Assembly (NCBI GenBank): GCA_045806885.1
Contig: JBJMIJ010000013.1
Span: forward strand, 150,110-214,109
From: Aeromicrobium sp.
GTDB lineage: Bacteria > Actinomycetota > Actinomycetes > Propionibacteriales > Nocardioidaceae
Direction of reading: 5' to 3'
Length of the DNA stretch: 64,000 nt
The notes beneath the pieces are model-generated. The model was not told where the DNA came from. It did no database searches and saw only the letters and a program-made list of their open reading frames with translations. This document shows, in pieces, positions 49,525 through 59,056 of this stretch. The translations under genes were made by a program, and so were the position numbers. The number at the start of each line of letters is the position of its first letter. Positions within the stretch are counted from its first letter, which is position 1.

Positions 49525-50507
49525 ACGTTCAGCTTTCCGACGACCGCATCGACGCGATGCGGTCCAACCTGCTCGACAACATCGACGACGAGATCGCCCG
49601 GCGCGGCCGCCGTACCCGCAACGCCATCGCCGGCGGCGTGGGGGCGCTCGCGCTCGTCACCGTGCTCGGCGTGGGCATCCCAGCGCTCACCGGGAGCCCT
49701 TCACAGGAAGTCGCCGCCTCACGCGGCGCCGACAGCTCGACGGGAACCGTCGCGATGCCGGCGCCCGCGGGTGGGGCGCCCGAGGCGTCGACGATGAAGG
49801 ACATGGCGCCGGTTCCCCCGCCGGACCAGCCGCTGACCGCGCCCGGCAAGCACCGCGAAGTCGTCACGACCGGATCGGCCACCGTGACGGTGAAGGATCC
49901 GGCCGACCGCGCCACCCGGTTCACCGCGTGGGTCGAGAACCACGGCGGACGCGTCGATGCCCGCAGCGAGTCGCGGGACGACGAGGGCCACACGTCGGCC
50001 CACATCGTCGCCCGCATCCCGAGCAAGCAGGTCTCGGCCGCCGTCACCGTGCTGCGCACGTATGGCGTGGTGGAGTCCGTTGACCTGCAGCGCGATGATG
50101 TCACCGCCCAAGGCCAGGATCTCGACGCCCGGATCAAGGCGCTCAAGATCTCTGTCGCGCGGCTCGAGGGAATCTTGCAGCGGGCCGGATCGAGCAGCGA
50201 CGTCATCGACGCCGAAACCGCCCTCAGCGAGCGTCAGCAGGAGCTGGAGTCGTTGCAGCTGCAGCGTCGATCGCTGAACGACCAGGTCTCGCTTTCCACG
50301 ATCTCGGTGTCGTTCATGCAGGACGCCAAGCCGGGCGCCGTCGCTCCCGGCGGATTCCGCGGCGGCCTGGTGAAGGGCTGGAACGCCCTCGTCGACACCG
50401 TCAACGCGATCGTGACGGCGGCCGGCGCTGCCGTCCCGTGGCTCGGCATCGCCGGTGCCGTCGCGCTGGCGTGGTGGGGCGTCCGCCGCGCCCGCCGGCG
50501 GACGTAA
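49521..50507 (+). CDS. DUF4349 domain membrane protein (probable cognate anti-sigma partner)
   Basis: ATGA overlap with the sigma stop. N-terminal cytoplasmic segment, TM helix, DUF4349-like coiled coil, C-terminal TM. Confidence 0.65.
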   Translation: MNVQLSDDRIDAMRSNLLDNIDDEIARRGRRTRNAIAGGVGALALVTVLGVGIPALTGSPSQEVAASRGADSSTGTVAMPAPAGGAPEASTMKDMAPVPPPDQPLTAPGKHREVVTTGSATVTVKDPADRATRFTAWVENHGGRVDARSESRDDEGHTSAHIVARIPSKQVSAAVTVLRTYGVVESVDLQRDDVTAQGQDLDARIKALKISVARLEGILQRAGSSSDVIDAETALSERQQELESLQLQRRSLNDQVSLSTISVSFMQDAKPGAVAPGGFRGGLVKGWNALVDTVNAIVTAAGAAVPWLGIAGAVALAWWGVRRARRRT

Positions 50508-50508
50508 C

Positions 50509-51036
50509 TCAGTCCGCTGGCCCGGGATAGGTCACATCCACTCCGCCGACGACCGCGAATGGCGTCAGCCGGCGCAGCGTCGGCTCACCAGCGTTGATGA
50601 TGTCGAAGACGCGAACGCCCCGCGCGATCAGTGCGTCGGCCACCAGCGAGCGGTGGCAGCGCCACGGCACAGCCTCGGCGCACATGATCGCGGTCGGCGC
50701 CGACTCGCTCACATGGAGCAGCTCGGCCAGGCCATGCCGGAACTGCTCGGTCTGCATATAGTCGGCGTAGTTGCGGAACGACTGGTTCCGCCAGCCGGCG
50801 TTCGACGATTCCGAAACCTTCGGCCGCAGTCCGCCGAGCGCCTTCAGGTAGACGTATGCAATCCCGGCCTCGGTCAATGCCGTTGCGAGTGCGTCCTGCT
50901 CGTACTGCGGGTTGTGTCGGGTGCGCGGCACCGTACGGATGTCGACAAGCTGCGTGATCGCCTGCGCCTGCAGCAGGCCGATGAACTCGTCGATGGGGCG
51001 CGTCGAGTGACCGATCGTGTAGACGGGCTGGCTCAC
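50509..51036 (-). CDS. DUF488 family protein
   Basis: VYTIGHSTRPIDEFIGLL...VDIRTVPRTRHNPQY. Confidence 0.7.
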   Translation of the reverse strand: MSQPVYTIGHSTRPIDEFIGLLQAQAITQLVDIRTVPRTRHNPQYEQDALATALTEAGIAYVYLKALGGLRPKVSESSNAGWRNQSFRNYADYMQTEQFRHGLAELLHVSESAPTAIMCAEAVPWRCHRSLVADALIARGVRVFDIINAGEPTLRRLTPFAVVGGVDVTYPGPAD

Positions 51037-51043
51037 TCCGCCA

Positions 51044-51706
51044 TCATCGCTGCGACGGATCGCCGGCCTGGACGACGGCGGGCACGAGGAACGCCCGGAT
51101 GATTGCGCGTGTGGCGTCCGGGTCGTCGAGGGCGATAGTGCTGTCGGGAGTCAGGGCGAAGGAGACGGCAAGGCGGGCCATGACCTCGGCGAGCGGCTCA
51201 ACGTCGTACGGCGGCAGCTTCCCCTCCCGTTGCAGCCCGTGCATGAACTCATTGAGGTAGTCGCGACCCAGCGCGATGATGGGCCCGCCGTTCACGGTCA
51301 GCAGGGGCAGCACGATCTCGGGTTCGGTGCGCAGGAGGCGTTGCAGCAGCTTGTTGCGCCGGATTCCGTCGATGACGGCGAAGCCCAGTTCGGTCAGGAG
51401 CGTCTCGACGTCGGCGTCCTGGGACTGGAGCTCGGCGAGCAGGTCGTCGGCATCGGCCAGGAAGCGGCGGACCTCCCGGAGGCCGACAGCCTGGACGATG
51501 GCTGACTTGCTGGCGAAGCGGCGGTAGAGAGTGGCCGGGCTGATGCCGCTGCGGCGGGCGATGTCGCTCATGCTGGTGCGACGCATGCCGAGGTCGACGA
51601 AGGCCGCCAGCGCGCCGTCGAGCACGGAGCCGCGGCTGGCGTCCGCGTCTGCTGCGTGATCCGAGCCGCGGACGAGGCTGAGCAGGCGATCTGGCTTGGT
51701 GGCCAC
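51044..51706 (-). CDS. TetR/AcrR family transcriptional regulator
   Basis: HTH MSDIARRSGISPATLYRRFASKSAI. Confidence 0.85.
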   Translation of the reverse strand: MATKPDRLLSLVRGSDHAADADASRGSVLDGALAAFVDLGMRRTSMSDIARRSGISPATLYRRFASKSAIVQAVGLREVRRFLADADDLLAELQSQDADVETLLTELGFAVIDGIRRNKLLQRLLRTEPEIVLPLLTVNGGPIIALGRDYLNEFMHGLQREGKLPPYDVEPLAEVMARLAVSFALTPDSTIALDDPDATRAIIRAFLVPAVVQAGDPSQR

Positions 51707-51750
51707 GGCTAACCCCTCCTTGACAGTGTGCCGAACGATACCTTGACGCG

Positions 51751-51779
51751 ATGAGAGAATTATTGCATTGTTCTCTCAT
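51751..51779. promoter_or_regulatory. inverted repeat ATGAGAGAA-N11-TTCTCTCAT, probable TetR operator
   Basis: Perfect 9-bp arms in the AT-rich gap between the divergent TetR and MpaB-like genes. Confidence 0.5.
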
Positions 51780-51792
51780 GGGTGCCGAACCG

Positions 51793-52683
51793 ATGATCAG
51801 CGATGTCCCGGAGCAAGACTTCACGCAGGGCGACGACCAAGAGTCCGCCTACTCCGACGAGCTGACCGAGGCGCAGGTCAAGCTCCTGAACCGCCGGACT
51901 GACGGGATCGCGATCTTCCTGGCCGGACCTGCGAATGTGGCCATCCAGCTCGCCCTCCTGCCGGTCGGGCGCGGAGTCGTTGAAAGCACGGTCTACTCCG
52001 GCCAGGCCACCCGGCATCCGTTCAAGCGCTTCCGCACCACGATCGGCTATCTCGACATCGCGATGCGCGGTGACGACAAGCTGCGCGCCGACTACCGCCA
52101 TGCGGTGAACACCTCGCACCGCCCGGTGCGGTCCGGACCGGACAGCCCGGTGAAGTACAACGCCTTCAACCGCGAGTTGCAGCTGTGGGTCGCCTCCTCC
52201 ATCTACTACGGCTACCGCGACAGCATGATCCGGATGCACGGACCGTTCTCGGCCGAGGAAGAGGAACTGCTCCTTCAGGCCTCCCGTCGGCTCGGCACAA
52301 CACTGCAGGTGCCGGCCGAGATGTGGCACGCCAATCGCGCCGAGTTCGAGGCGTACTGGAAAAAGGGACTCGACCAGATCGAGGTCGATGGTCAGACCAA
52401 GGCCTACCTGCGCGATCTCATCGCCCTGAAGATCCTGCCCAGCCCGCTGAACCGCGTGTTCGGCCCGCCGCTGCGGTTCTTCAACGTCGGTTACCTGCCG
52501 CCCGAGGTGCGCGATGCGCTCGGGTTCAGCTGGTCCGATCAGCAGGAGCAGAGGTTCAACACGATCCTGCGCACGTTGGGCGCCCTCAGTCGACCGCTCC
52601 CGCCCGTCGTCCGTCGCGTCCCGATGAACTGGATGACCATGAACATCCGAGCGCGACGAGCCCTGGGCAAGCCGCTCGTCTAG
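51793..52683 (+). CDS. oxygenase MpaB/DUF2236 family protein (Lcp-related fold)
   Basis: Family-like core (GPANVAIQLALLPVGRGV...RTTIGYLDIA...). Start set to the third ATG, outside the palindrome; 51751 and 51778 are also possible. Confidence 0.6.
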   Translation: MISDVPEQDFTQGDDQESAYSDELTEAQVKLLNRRTDGIAIFLAGPANVAIQLALLPVGRGVVESTVYSGQATRHPFKRFRTTIGYLDIAMRGDDKLRADYRHAVNTSHRPVRSGPDSPVKYNAFNRELQLWVASSIYYGYRDSMIRMHGPFSAEEEELLLQASRRLGTTLQVPAEMWHANRAEFEAYWKKGLDQIEVDGQTKAYLRDLIALKILPSPLNRVFGPPLRFFNVGYLPPEVRDALGFSWSDQQEQRFNTILRTLGALSRPLPPVVRRVPMNWMTMNIRARRALGKPLV

Positions 52684-54341
52684 GCGGGCAGGCGTAGGGC
52701 GCCCGGCGCGTGCTCCGGCACGGCCGGATGGCGGGGTTCCACGGGCGCGACACGTCGATACGGCGAGCCCAAGGCTGGCCGCGGATCCGCCTCGCCCTTG
52801 TTGGGCCAGAAGGCCATCGCGCGTTCCGCCTGTGCCGTGATCGTGAGCGAGGGATTCACGCCCAGGTTCGCCGTGATGGCACTGCCGTCGGCGATGTGCA
52901 GGCCCGGGTAGCCGTGGACGCGCTGGAACCCGTCGATGACGCCGGTCTCCGGCCCGTCGCCGATCGTGCAGCCGCCGATGTAGTGCGCGGTGGCCGGGAT
53001 GTTGAAGATGTCGGTGATGACGTTGCCGGTGAAGCCGTCCGCGTGTGCGGCGTACTCCCGGGCGATGTCGTGCGCGAGCGGAATCCAGTCGGGATTCGGC
53101 TCTCCCGTCCCCTGCTTGGTCACCAGACGGCCGCGCCGGAGGTAGGACGTCAGCGAGTTGTCGAGCGACTGCATCACCAGCAGGATCACCGAGCGCTCGG
53201 AGGCGCGGTAGACGTTCTGCGTGCGCAGGAAGTTCACCGGATGCAGCACGATCGACAGCAGGAACCGCAGGAAGCGGAACGCACCGCCGTCGATCATGGG
53301 CACGGTCTGCAGCTGAAGCGCGTTTTGCCCCTTGCCGAACGTGCACACCTCGACGTGCGTCTGCGGCTCCGGGTGGATCGAGGACGTGATCGCGACGCCT
53401 TGCGAGAAGTCCATGCGACTCGTGCTCCCGACGCCGATGATCGCCTCGGAGTTGCTGCGAGTGAGCTCGCCCAGACGCGGCGACAGCTCGGCGAGAGTCC
53501 CGTTGTTGCGGAGCCGATGCAGGAGCCGCTGGGTGCCGAGTGCGGCCGCGGCGAACACGACTTGCTCGGCGGTGAAGGTCCGGCGCCCCTTGCTCAGGTG
53601 CCCGTTCGAGCGAATCGTCTCGACGACGTAACCGCCCTTGCCGTCCGGTGCCACCGACGTGACCGTCGTCAGCGGGTGGATCTCAGCGCCGTTGGCCTCG
53701 GCGAGGTGGAGGTAGTTGGTCGTCGTGGTGTTCTTGGCATTGTGCTTGCAGCCGGTGAAGCACTCCGAGCAGTGGATGCAGCCGGCCCGACGCGGTCCGG
53801 CGCCGCCGAAGTACGGGTCATCGACCTCGACACCCTCCTGGCCCTCGTTGAAGAACACGCCGACGTCGGTGTGGTGGAACGTGTCGGCGACACCGCGGTC
53901 CTGCGCGACCTGCAGCAGCACGTCGTCCTTGGGTCCCGTGCGCGGATTGGGGACGACGCCGAGCATGCGCTTGGCCTGGTCGTAGTAGGGCGCCAGCTCA
54001 TCCTTCCAGTCGGTGACATGCGCCCAGGCCTTGTCCTTGTAGAAGTCAGGCAGCGGCTCGTACAGCGTGTTGCCGTAGATGAGCGAGCCGCCGCCGACAC
54101 CGCAGCCGCTGAACACGAGGCACTTGCCCAGCGAGCTGATCTGCTGGGTCCCGGTGAGACCGAGCCGCGGCGCCCAGATCGACTTCCGGATGTTCCAGTT
54201 CGTCTTTGGGTAGTCGCCAACGTCCCAACGGCGGCCCGATTCGAGCACGCCGACGCGGTAGCCCTTCTCGGTCAGCCGCAGCGCCGTGACGCTTCCGCCG
54301 AAGCCCGAGCCGACGACGATGACGTCATAGTCGTAAGCCAT
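52680..54341 (-). CDS. GMC family oxidoreductase (cholesterol-oxidase ChoD-like)
   Basis: YDVIVVGSGFGGSVTALRLTEKGYRVGVLESG FAD fold. C-terminal HIADGSAITANLGVNPSLTI. Confidence 0.8.
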   Translation of the reverse strand: MAYDYDVIVVGSGFGGSVTALRLTEKGYRVGVLESGRRWDVGDYPKTNWNIRKSIWAPRLGLTGTQQISSLGKCLVFSGCGVGGGSLIYGNTLYEPLPDFYKDKAWAHVTDWKDELAPYYDQAKRMLGVVPNPRTGPKDDVLLQVAQDRGVADTFHHTDVGVFFNEGQEGVEVDDPYFGGAGPRRAGCIHCSECFTGCKHNAKNTTTTNYLHLAEANGAEIHPLTTVTSVAPDGKGGYVVETIRSNGHLSKGRRTFTAEQVVFAAAALGTQRLLHRLRNNGTLAELSPRLGELTRSNSEAIIGVGSTSRMDFSQGVAITSSIHPEPQTHVEVCTFGKGQNALQLQTVPMIDGGAFRFLRFLLSIVLHPVNFLRTQNVYRASERSVILLVMQSLDNSLTSYLRRGRLVTKQGTGEPNPDWIPLAHDIAREYAAHADGFTGNVITDIFNIPATAHYIGGCTIGDGPETGVIDGFQRVHGYPGLHIADGSAITANLGVNPSLTITAQAERAMAFWPNKGEADPRPALGSPYRRVAPVEPRHPAVPEHAPGALRLPA

Positions 54342-55786
54342 CAGGACACCGCCTCGTAGTCGGCCGGATCGAACTTAGCCTGCTTTTTGTACTGGATCCC
54401 GAGGAACGGCCAGTTGACCGTGATGCGGCCGTCGGACGTGCGATACCAAGAGTTGCACTGGGTCCAGACGCTGTCGGCCAGCCCAGCCTGGATCCGGCGG
54501 TCATGGGCCTCGCCGACCTCGAGCCGCAGGTCCAGCGGCATCCGCCGGCGCGCGACCTCCTCGACCAGTTCGCCCAGATAGCGGGCCTGCGCTTCGAGGA
54601 AGTAGACGACCGAGCCGCCGCCGGTGTTGGTGTTCGGGCCGTACATGATGAACAGGTTGGGGAAGTGCGCAACGGTCATGCCGAAGTACGCGTGCGCTCC
54701 GCCGGACCACTCTTCGTGCAGGTCGCGTCCGCCCGCACCGGTGATCTTCATCGGCGCGAGAAACTCGGTGGCCTTGAACCCGGTGCCCCAGACCAGGACA
54801 TCGGCCTCGTGCTCGGTGCCGTCCTCGGTACGGACGCCGGTGGGCGTGATCTCGGCGATCCGGTCGGTCACGACGTCGACGTGCGGCTCCGCGAGCGCGG
54901 GCAGGTAATCGTTGGAGAAAAGGACGCGCTTGCAGCCGATCGGGTAGTCCGGCCAGACCTTCTCGAACAGCCCGGGCTTCGCGCGCGCTCCCCGCTTCAT
55001 ATGCCAGCGCGAAGAGACCTTGAGGACCGAGGCCACCAGGCGGGAGTACACCCAGGCGATGCTGAGCGTCTCGACCATGCCGTACCAGGTGCCGCGTTCG
55101 ACGAGCTGGGTGACGGGGAGCTTCTCGAACACCCGGTGGTGCAGCGGGGAGAACTCCCGGTCGGGCCGAAGCAGGAGGTAAGGCGCCGAGCGCTGGAACA
55201 GCGTCAGGTGGCTCACCTCGGGCACGATCGCCGGGACGAACTGGATCGAGCTCGCGCCGGTGCCGATGACGGCAACCCGCTTGCCGGTCAGGTCGACATC
55301 GTGGCGCCACGTCGCCGAGTGGAACGACGGCCCCTTGAAGTCGTCCCGCCCCGGGATGTTTGCGTAAGCGGGCCGGGACAACTGGCCGACGGCCGACACG
55401 AGAACGTCGACTTCGATCGACTCCCCCGTGCTGAGATCGACTCGCCACGTCCGTGCGTCGTCGTCATACGTCGCGGCAACGACCTCGGTGCCGAACTGGA
55501 TGTGGCGTCGGACGTCGTACTTGTCAGCGACGTGACGCAGGTAGTCGAGGATGGCCGGCTGCCGCGAGAAGCGGTGCGGCCAGCGCGGGTTGGGCTCAAA
55601 GGAGAACGAATAGAAGGGGGACGGCACATCACAGGCGGCTCCCGGATAGGTGTTCTCCCGCCAGACGCCGCCGACGTCGTCTGCCTTCTCGATCACGACG
55701 ATGTCGTCGTATCCGCGCTTCCTCAGCTCGATGGCAGCGGCGAGCCCGCCGAAGCCTGCTCCGATCACGGCGACCTTGGGCGTCAT
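54341..55786 (-). CDS. flavin-containing/Baeyer-Villiger-type monooxygenase
   Basis: VAVIGAGFGGLAAA, fingerprint FKGPSFHSATWR, second Rossmann VAVIGTGASSIQ. Confidence 0.8.
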   Translation of the reverse strand: MTPKVAVIGAGFGGLAAAIELRKRGYDDIVVIEKADDVGGVWRENTYPGAACDVPSPFYSFSFEPNPRWPHRFSRQPAILDYLRHVADKYDVRRHIQFGTEVVAATYDDDARTWRVDLSTGESIEVDVLVSAVGQLSRPAYANIPGRDDFKGPSFHSATWRHDVDLTGKRVAVIGTGASSIQFVPAIVPEVSHLTLFQRSAPYLLLRPDREFSPLHHRVFEKLPVTQLVERGTWYGMVETLSIAWVYSRLVASVLKVSSRWHMKRGARAKPGLFEKVWPDYPIGCKRVLFSNDYLPALAEPHVDVVTDRIAEITPTGVRTEDGTEHEADVLVWGTGFKATEFLAPMKITGAGGRDLHEEWSGGAHAYFGMTVAHFPNLFIMYGPNTNTGGGSVVYFLEAQARYLGELVEEVARRRMPLDLRLEVGEAHDRRIQAGLADSVWTQCNSWYRTSDGRITVNWPFLGIQYKKQAKFDPADYEAVS

Positions 55787-55851
55787 GCGCAGACATTAGC
55801 AACGACGACCGTGGACCGTTACACCTGCGCTGCCAACATCACTGCGCCACG

Positions 55852-57186
55852 TCAGCGGCCTAGTCGCCGGCACACCCGCGTCACGCCGCCCTTGTGCGGC
55901 GCGGTGGCGACGCCGCGATTGTGGAACCGCTCATCTCGGGCATCGGTCTGCACCAGTTCGAAGTCGGTGAGGAGCGTCCGCAGCACCACGTTCAGCTCCA
56001 TGTCGGCGAAAGCTGCCCCGATGCAACGTCGGACTCCCCCACCGAACGGGACCCAGGAGTACAGGTCGGGGTGCTGGCCGACGAAGCGGTCCGGGTCGAA
56101 CCGCTCGGCGTGCGGGAACACCCTGTCGTCGGTGTGGATCAGGTCGAGTCCGACGATCACCTTGTGCCCGCGCGGGATCCGGTACGGGCCCAGCTCCAAC
56201 ACATCCGCACGCACGGTGCGCCCCGCGAAGTCGATCACCGGGCGGATGCGTTGGGTCTCGTAGATCGTGGCGCGACGCAGCTCGTCTCCGCCGGCCCGAT
56301 TCTCCGCGACCAGGCGATCCCACACGTCGGGGTGGCGTCGAAGTCGTTCGACCAGCCACGCCAAAGTGGTGGCTGTCGTCTCGTGCCCGGCGGCCAGCAT
56401 GGTGAGCAGTTCGTCCGCCAGGTCGCTCGTCGTCATGGCGGTGCCGTCGTCGTACCGGGCGCGAATGAGGATCGACAGCACGTCGGCGCGTTCGTCGAGA
56501 TTGGGGTCAGCCTTGGCCTTGCTCACCAGACTGCCGACGAGGGAGTCGAACTCGGCGCGATACTCGGTGAACCGACGCCCCGGGCTCCATCGTCCGAGGT
56601 CGCGAGACAGCCCAGGGACGACGGCGAAGCGCGAACCCAGTTCGACGAACGGCGGGAGGACCCGGCGCAGGCCGTCGAACTCCTCGCCCTCGGCGCCGAA
56701 CACGGCGCGCAGGATGGCGTTGAGCGTGACTCGCATGGTGGACGGCAGGATCGGGAACTCTCGATCCTCGGGCCAGGTGGCGGCCTCGGCCCGGAACTCT
56801 TCCTCGATGATCTGTTCGTACTCGAGCATCCGCTTGCCGTGGAACGGCGGGGCGAGCAGCTTGCGTCGGTTCTTGTGGGCGGTCTTCTCAAGGTTGAAGA
56901 TCGAGCCCTCCCCCAGCACCCGCCCGAGGTTGGGGTCAATGTTGCTCACGATCTCGTCGCTGGTCTTGAACAGCTGCTTGGCAAGTACTGGGTCGCTCAC
57001 GAACATCGTGCGTCCGAACATCGGCAGGTCGATCACGAACTCCGAGCCGTGGCGCCTGCGCAACGCGTGCGTGAGCCGACGACGGTTGGCGAGGAACCCC
57101 GCCGCAACCATCGGCTTCGGCAGCCTCGAGGCCGGGGGCAAGCGAAGGTCCGCGACGGAGCTTTCCGGCGTGACGGTGGCGACCAT
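55852..57186 (-). CDS. cytochrome P450
   Basis: ATG 57186. AAGHETT I-helix, ETQR (ExxR), haem loop FGGGVRRCIG. Confidence 0.85.
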   Translation of the reverse strand: MVATVTPESSVADLRLPPASRLPKPMVAAGFLANRRRLTHALRRRHGSEFVIDLPMFGRTMFVSDPVLAKQLFKTSDEIVSNIDPNLGRVLGEGSIFNLEKTAHKNRRKLLAPPFHGKRMLEYEQIIEEEFRAEAATWPEDREFPILPSTMRVTLNAILRAVFGAEGEEFDGLRRVLPPFVELGSRFAVVPGLSRDLGRWSPGRRFTEYRAEFDSLVGSLVSKAKADPNLDERADVLSILIRARYDDGTAMTTSDLADELLTMLAAGHETTATTLAWLVERLRRHPDVWDRLVAENRAGGDELRRATIYETQRIRPVIDFAGRTVRADVLELGPYRIPRGHKVIVGLDLIHTDDRVFPHAERFDPDRFVGQHPDLYSWVPFGGGVRRCIGAAFADMELNVVLRTLLTDFELVQTDARDERFHNRGVATAPHKGGVTRVCRRLGR

Positions 57187-57194
57187 TCCTCCAC

Positions 57195-57210
57195 GGTACG
57201 CTTGCGTACC
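57195..57210. promoter_or_regulatory. 7-2-7 palindrome GGTACGC-TT-GCGTACC, probable TetR operator
   Basis: Fills most of the 24-nt gap between the divergent P450 and TetR start codons. Confidence 0.5.
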
Positions 57211-57795
57211 ATGGAGGACAACGTGACCGCGGCCACATTCCGCGAGCGTCTCCTCGTCGGCCTTGCCGCCTCGATCGCGGAGCGCGGGTTCGCCGCGACG
57301 ACCATCGCCGACATCGTCCGGGAGGCGCAGACATCGCGCCGCACGTTCTACGCCGAGTTCGCCACTCGCGAGGACTGCTACGTCGAACTCCTCCGCACCA
57401 TCAACGAAACGCTCGCTCAGCGGATCGCCGACGGAGTCGATCCTGACGCCTCGTGGCGCACCCAGGTCAGACAGGCGGTGGACGCGTACGTCGACGCCAC
57501 GTCGCCGGAGCGACACCTCACCCTGACCTGGATCCGCGAGCTCCCGGCACTGGGCGCACTGGGCCACGATGTGCAGAAGGCTGCCACCGACACGATGGTC
57601 GATCTCGTCGTGGTGCTGAGTCGGGGCCAGCAGTTCGCCGAGGCCGGGATCCCGCCGCTGACGCTCCCCCAGGCTCGGCTCCTGATCGGCGGGATCCGCG
57701 AGCTCACGGCACGGACGTTGGAAGATGGCGAGGACCTCGTCACCCTGCGCGCCACGATTGGGCAGGCTGCCACGGCCTTGCTTGCCGGGAGGTGA
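57211..57795 (+). CDS. TetR/AcrR family transcriptional regulator
   Basis: ATG 57211, in frame with ORF 55894..57795. HTH IADIVREAQTSRRTFYAEFATRED. Confidence 0.85.
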   Translation: MEDNVTAATFRERLLVGLAASIAERGFAATTIADIVREAQTSRRTFYAEFATREDCYVELLRTINETLAQRIADGVDPDASWRTQVRQAVDAYVDATSPERHLTLTWIRELPALGALGHDVQKAATDTMVDLVVVLSRGQQFAEAGIPPLTLPQARLLIGGIRELTARTLEDGEDLVTLRATIGQAATALLAGR

Positions 57796-57876
57796 GTGGA
57801 AACGGTCGCCTTGCTCTAGCGAGCGAGTCCGGCTTGAGGCAGTCGCCCGTGAAACTCCGTCAGCACCAAGTCGAAG

Positions 57877-58836
57877 CTATTTGGGCATGAGCCTGGTTCC
57901 GGTGCGGATGGTGGAGCGTCGAAGCCTCTCCGCGAGTCGGGCCATCGAGCTCCCCACGCCCGAAGCGTGCGGCGGGTCGAAGTCGACCTCATCACCGACC
58001 GACAGCATGCCACCGGCAGCCACATCGGCATAGACGCCGAAGCACCGTTCGCCGTGGCGCGAGAGGGTCTTGACCACGGCGGGGTCAGCCTTCAGCCCGG
58101 GCTGTTCACGGAGCGGCACTGAGCATCGGATTGCCGGTATCTCGACGTTGATCGACACATCGGCCGAGTGCAGCTGCCCGCCGAACCACTCCAACTCAGG
58201 GAGACCAGCGCCGGGCGTCTCCACGAGGATGTTCGGCCGGAACCGACGCACGTTGAAGTCGCCGCCGTGCTCGGCCATGGTTGCAAGTCCCGAGGTCGTG
58301 ACGATGTGGACCGGGTAGGCGTCGGCGAAGATTCCAATCGGAGTTGCGAAGATGGCTAGTTCGGCCATCTTCCGGATAGGGAACATCGTGAAGTCCGGAA
58401 GTGGCTCGTCTGGCCCCAAGTCCCACTGCTGTCGGATGTCGCGCTTACTGGCTAGGACGCCTCGGTATGCCGCCTTGTCATGCAGTGGCGGAAGCGGCAC
58501 AAGCGCGACTGGCTTGCCGACCAACTCTGACAGCGCAGCGTTCATCCGGTCCGGTTCGGTGCTCTGCACCTGAGAACCGTCGGGGAAGGTCACCACTACG
58601 TCGGAGACGTTTCCTGGACCGACACCGACTGGAGGTTCGCTGATGAAACGCGCCGTACAGCCGAGCAGGAGCGGCAGTCGCCGCGCCGTGGTGACGGCGT
58701 TCAACTCAAGGTCACGAACCGCCCATAAGCGGTCGGCGTGAAACGCTCGTTGATCCACGATCGAGGTGGTGAGCTCCTCGCCCCCCATTGATTTCACGGG
58801 GTAGCGCCACAATCCAGCAATCGTGCCAACGGCCAT
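57877..58836 (-). CDS. MOSC domain protein
   Basis: MAVGTIAGLWRYPVKSMGGEEL N-terminal beta-barrel and C-terminal MOSC (RCSVPLREQ...GVYADV). Visibly lower GC than its neighbours. Confidence 0.75.
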   Translation of the reverse strand: MAVGTIAGLWRYPVKSMGGEELTTSIVDQRAFHADRLWAVRDLELNAVTTARRLPLLLGCTARFISEPPVGVGPGNVSDVVVTFPDGSQVQSTEPDRMNAALSELVGKPVALVPLPPLHDKAAYRGVLASKRDIRQQWDLGPDEPLPDFTMFPIRKMAELAIFATPIGIFADAYPVHIVTTSGLATMAEHGGDFNVRRFRPNILVETPGAGLPELEWFGGQLHSADVSINVEIPAIRCSVPLREQPGLKADPAVVKTLSRHGERCFGVYADVAAGGMLSVGDEVDFDPPHASGVGSSMARLAERLRRSTIRTGTRLMPK

Positions 58837-58926
58837 CGGGTGACCATAGCGCGGCCCGGCCACTGGCCGAAGCTGAATTGGTCAGGGCAATTCCTCAATG
58901 AAGTGCAGGCCTGACGGCGGTGCCGG

Positions 58927-58944
58927 GTGGAGCATAGGAGATTC
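58927..58944. repeat. 18-nt direct copy of the 3' end of tRNA-Ala (gtggagcataggagattc; second copy at 59056..59073)
   Basis: Identical strings read in both places, 129 nt apart. Confidence 0.8.
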
Positions 58945-59024
58945 TCCCCCCAGCTCTCCGGGCCTACGACGCTCCGAGCAGGGGCGCACACCCCACGCCG
59001 CGCGTACGACTTGTCCCACAACGC

Positions 59025-59047
59025 AAAAGGGCCGGCAAAGCCGGCCC
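59025..59047 (-). terminator. intrinsic terminator of tRNA-Ala (GGGCCGGC-TTT-GCCGGCCC followed by TTTT on the minus strand)
   Basis: Perfect 8-bp stem at 59029..59047, with the T-tract as complement of 59025..59028. Confidence 0.6.
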
Positions 59048-59056
59048 ACTGCGTTG

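Noticed and set aside
52710-57210. Long plus-strand ORFs 52710..54359, 54503..56263 and 55894..57210
   Set aside because: Each is antisense to a motif-rich minus-strand gene (GMC oxidoreductase, BVMO, P450). Only the last 195 codons of 55894..57795 form a real TetR.
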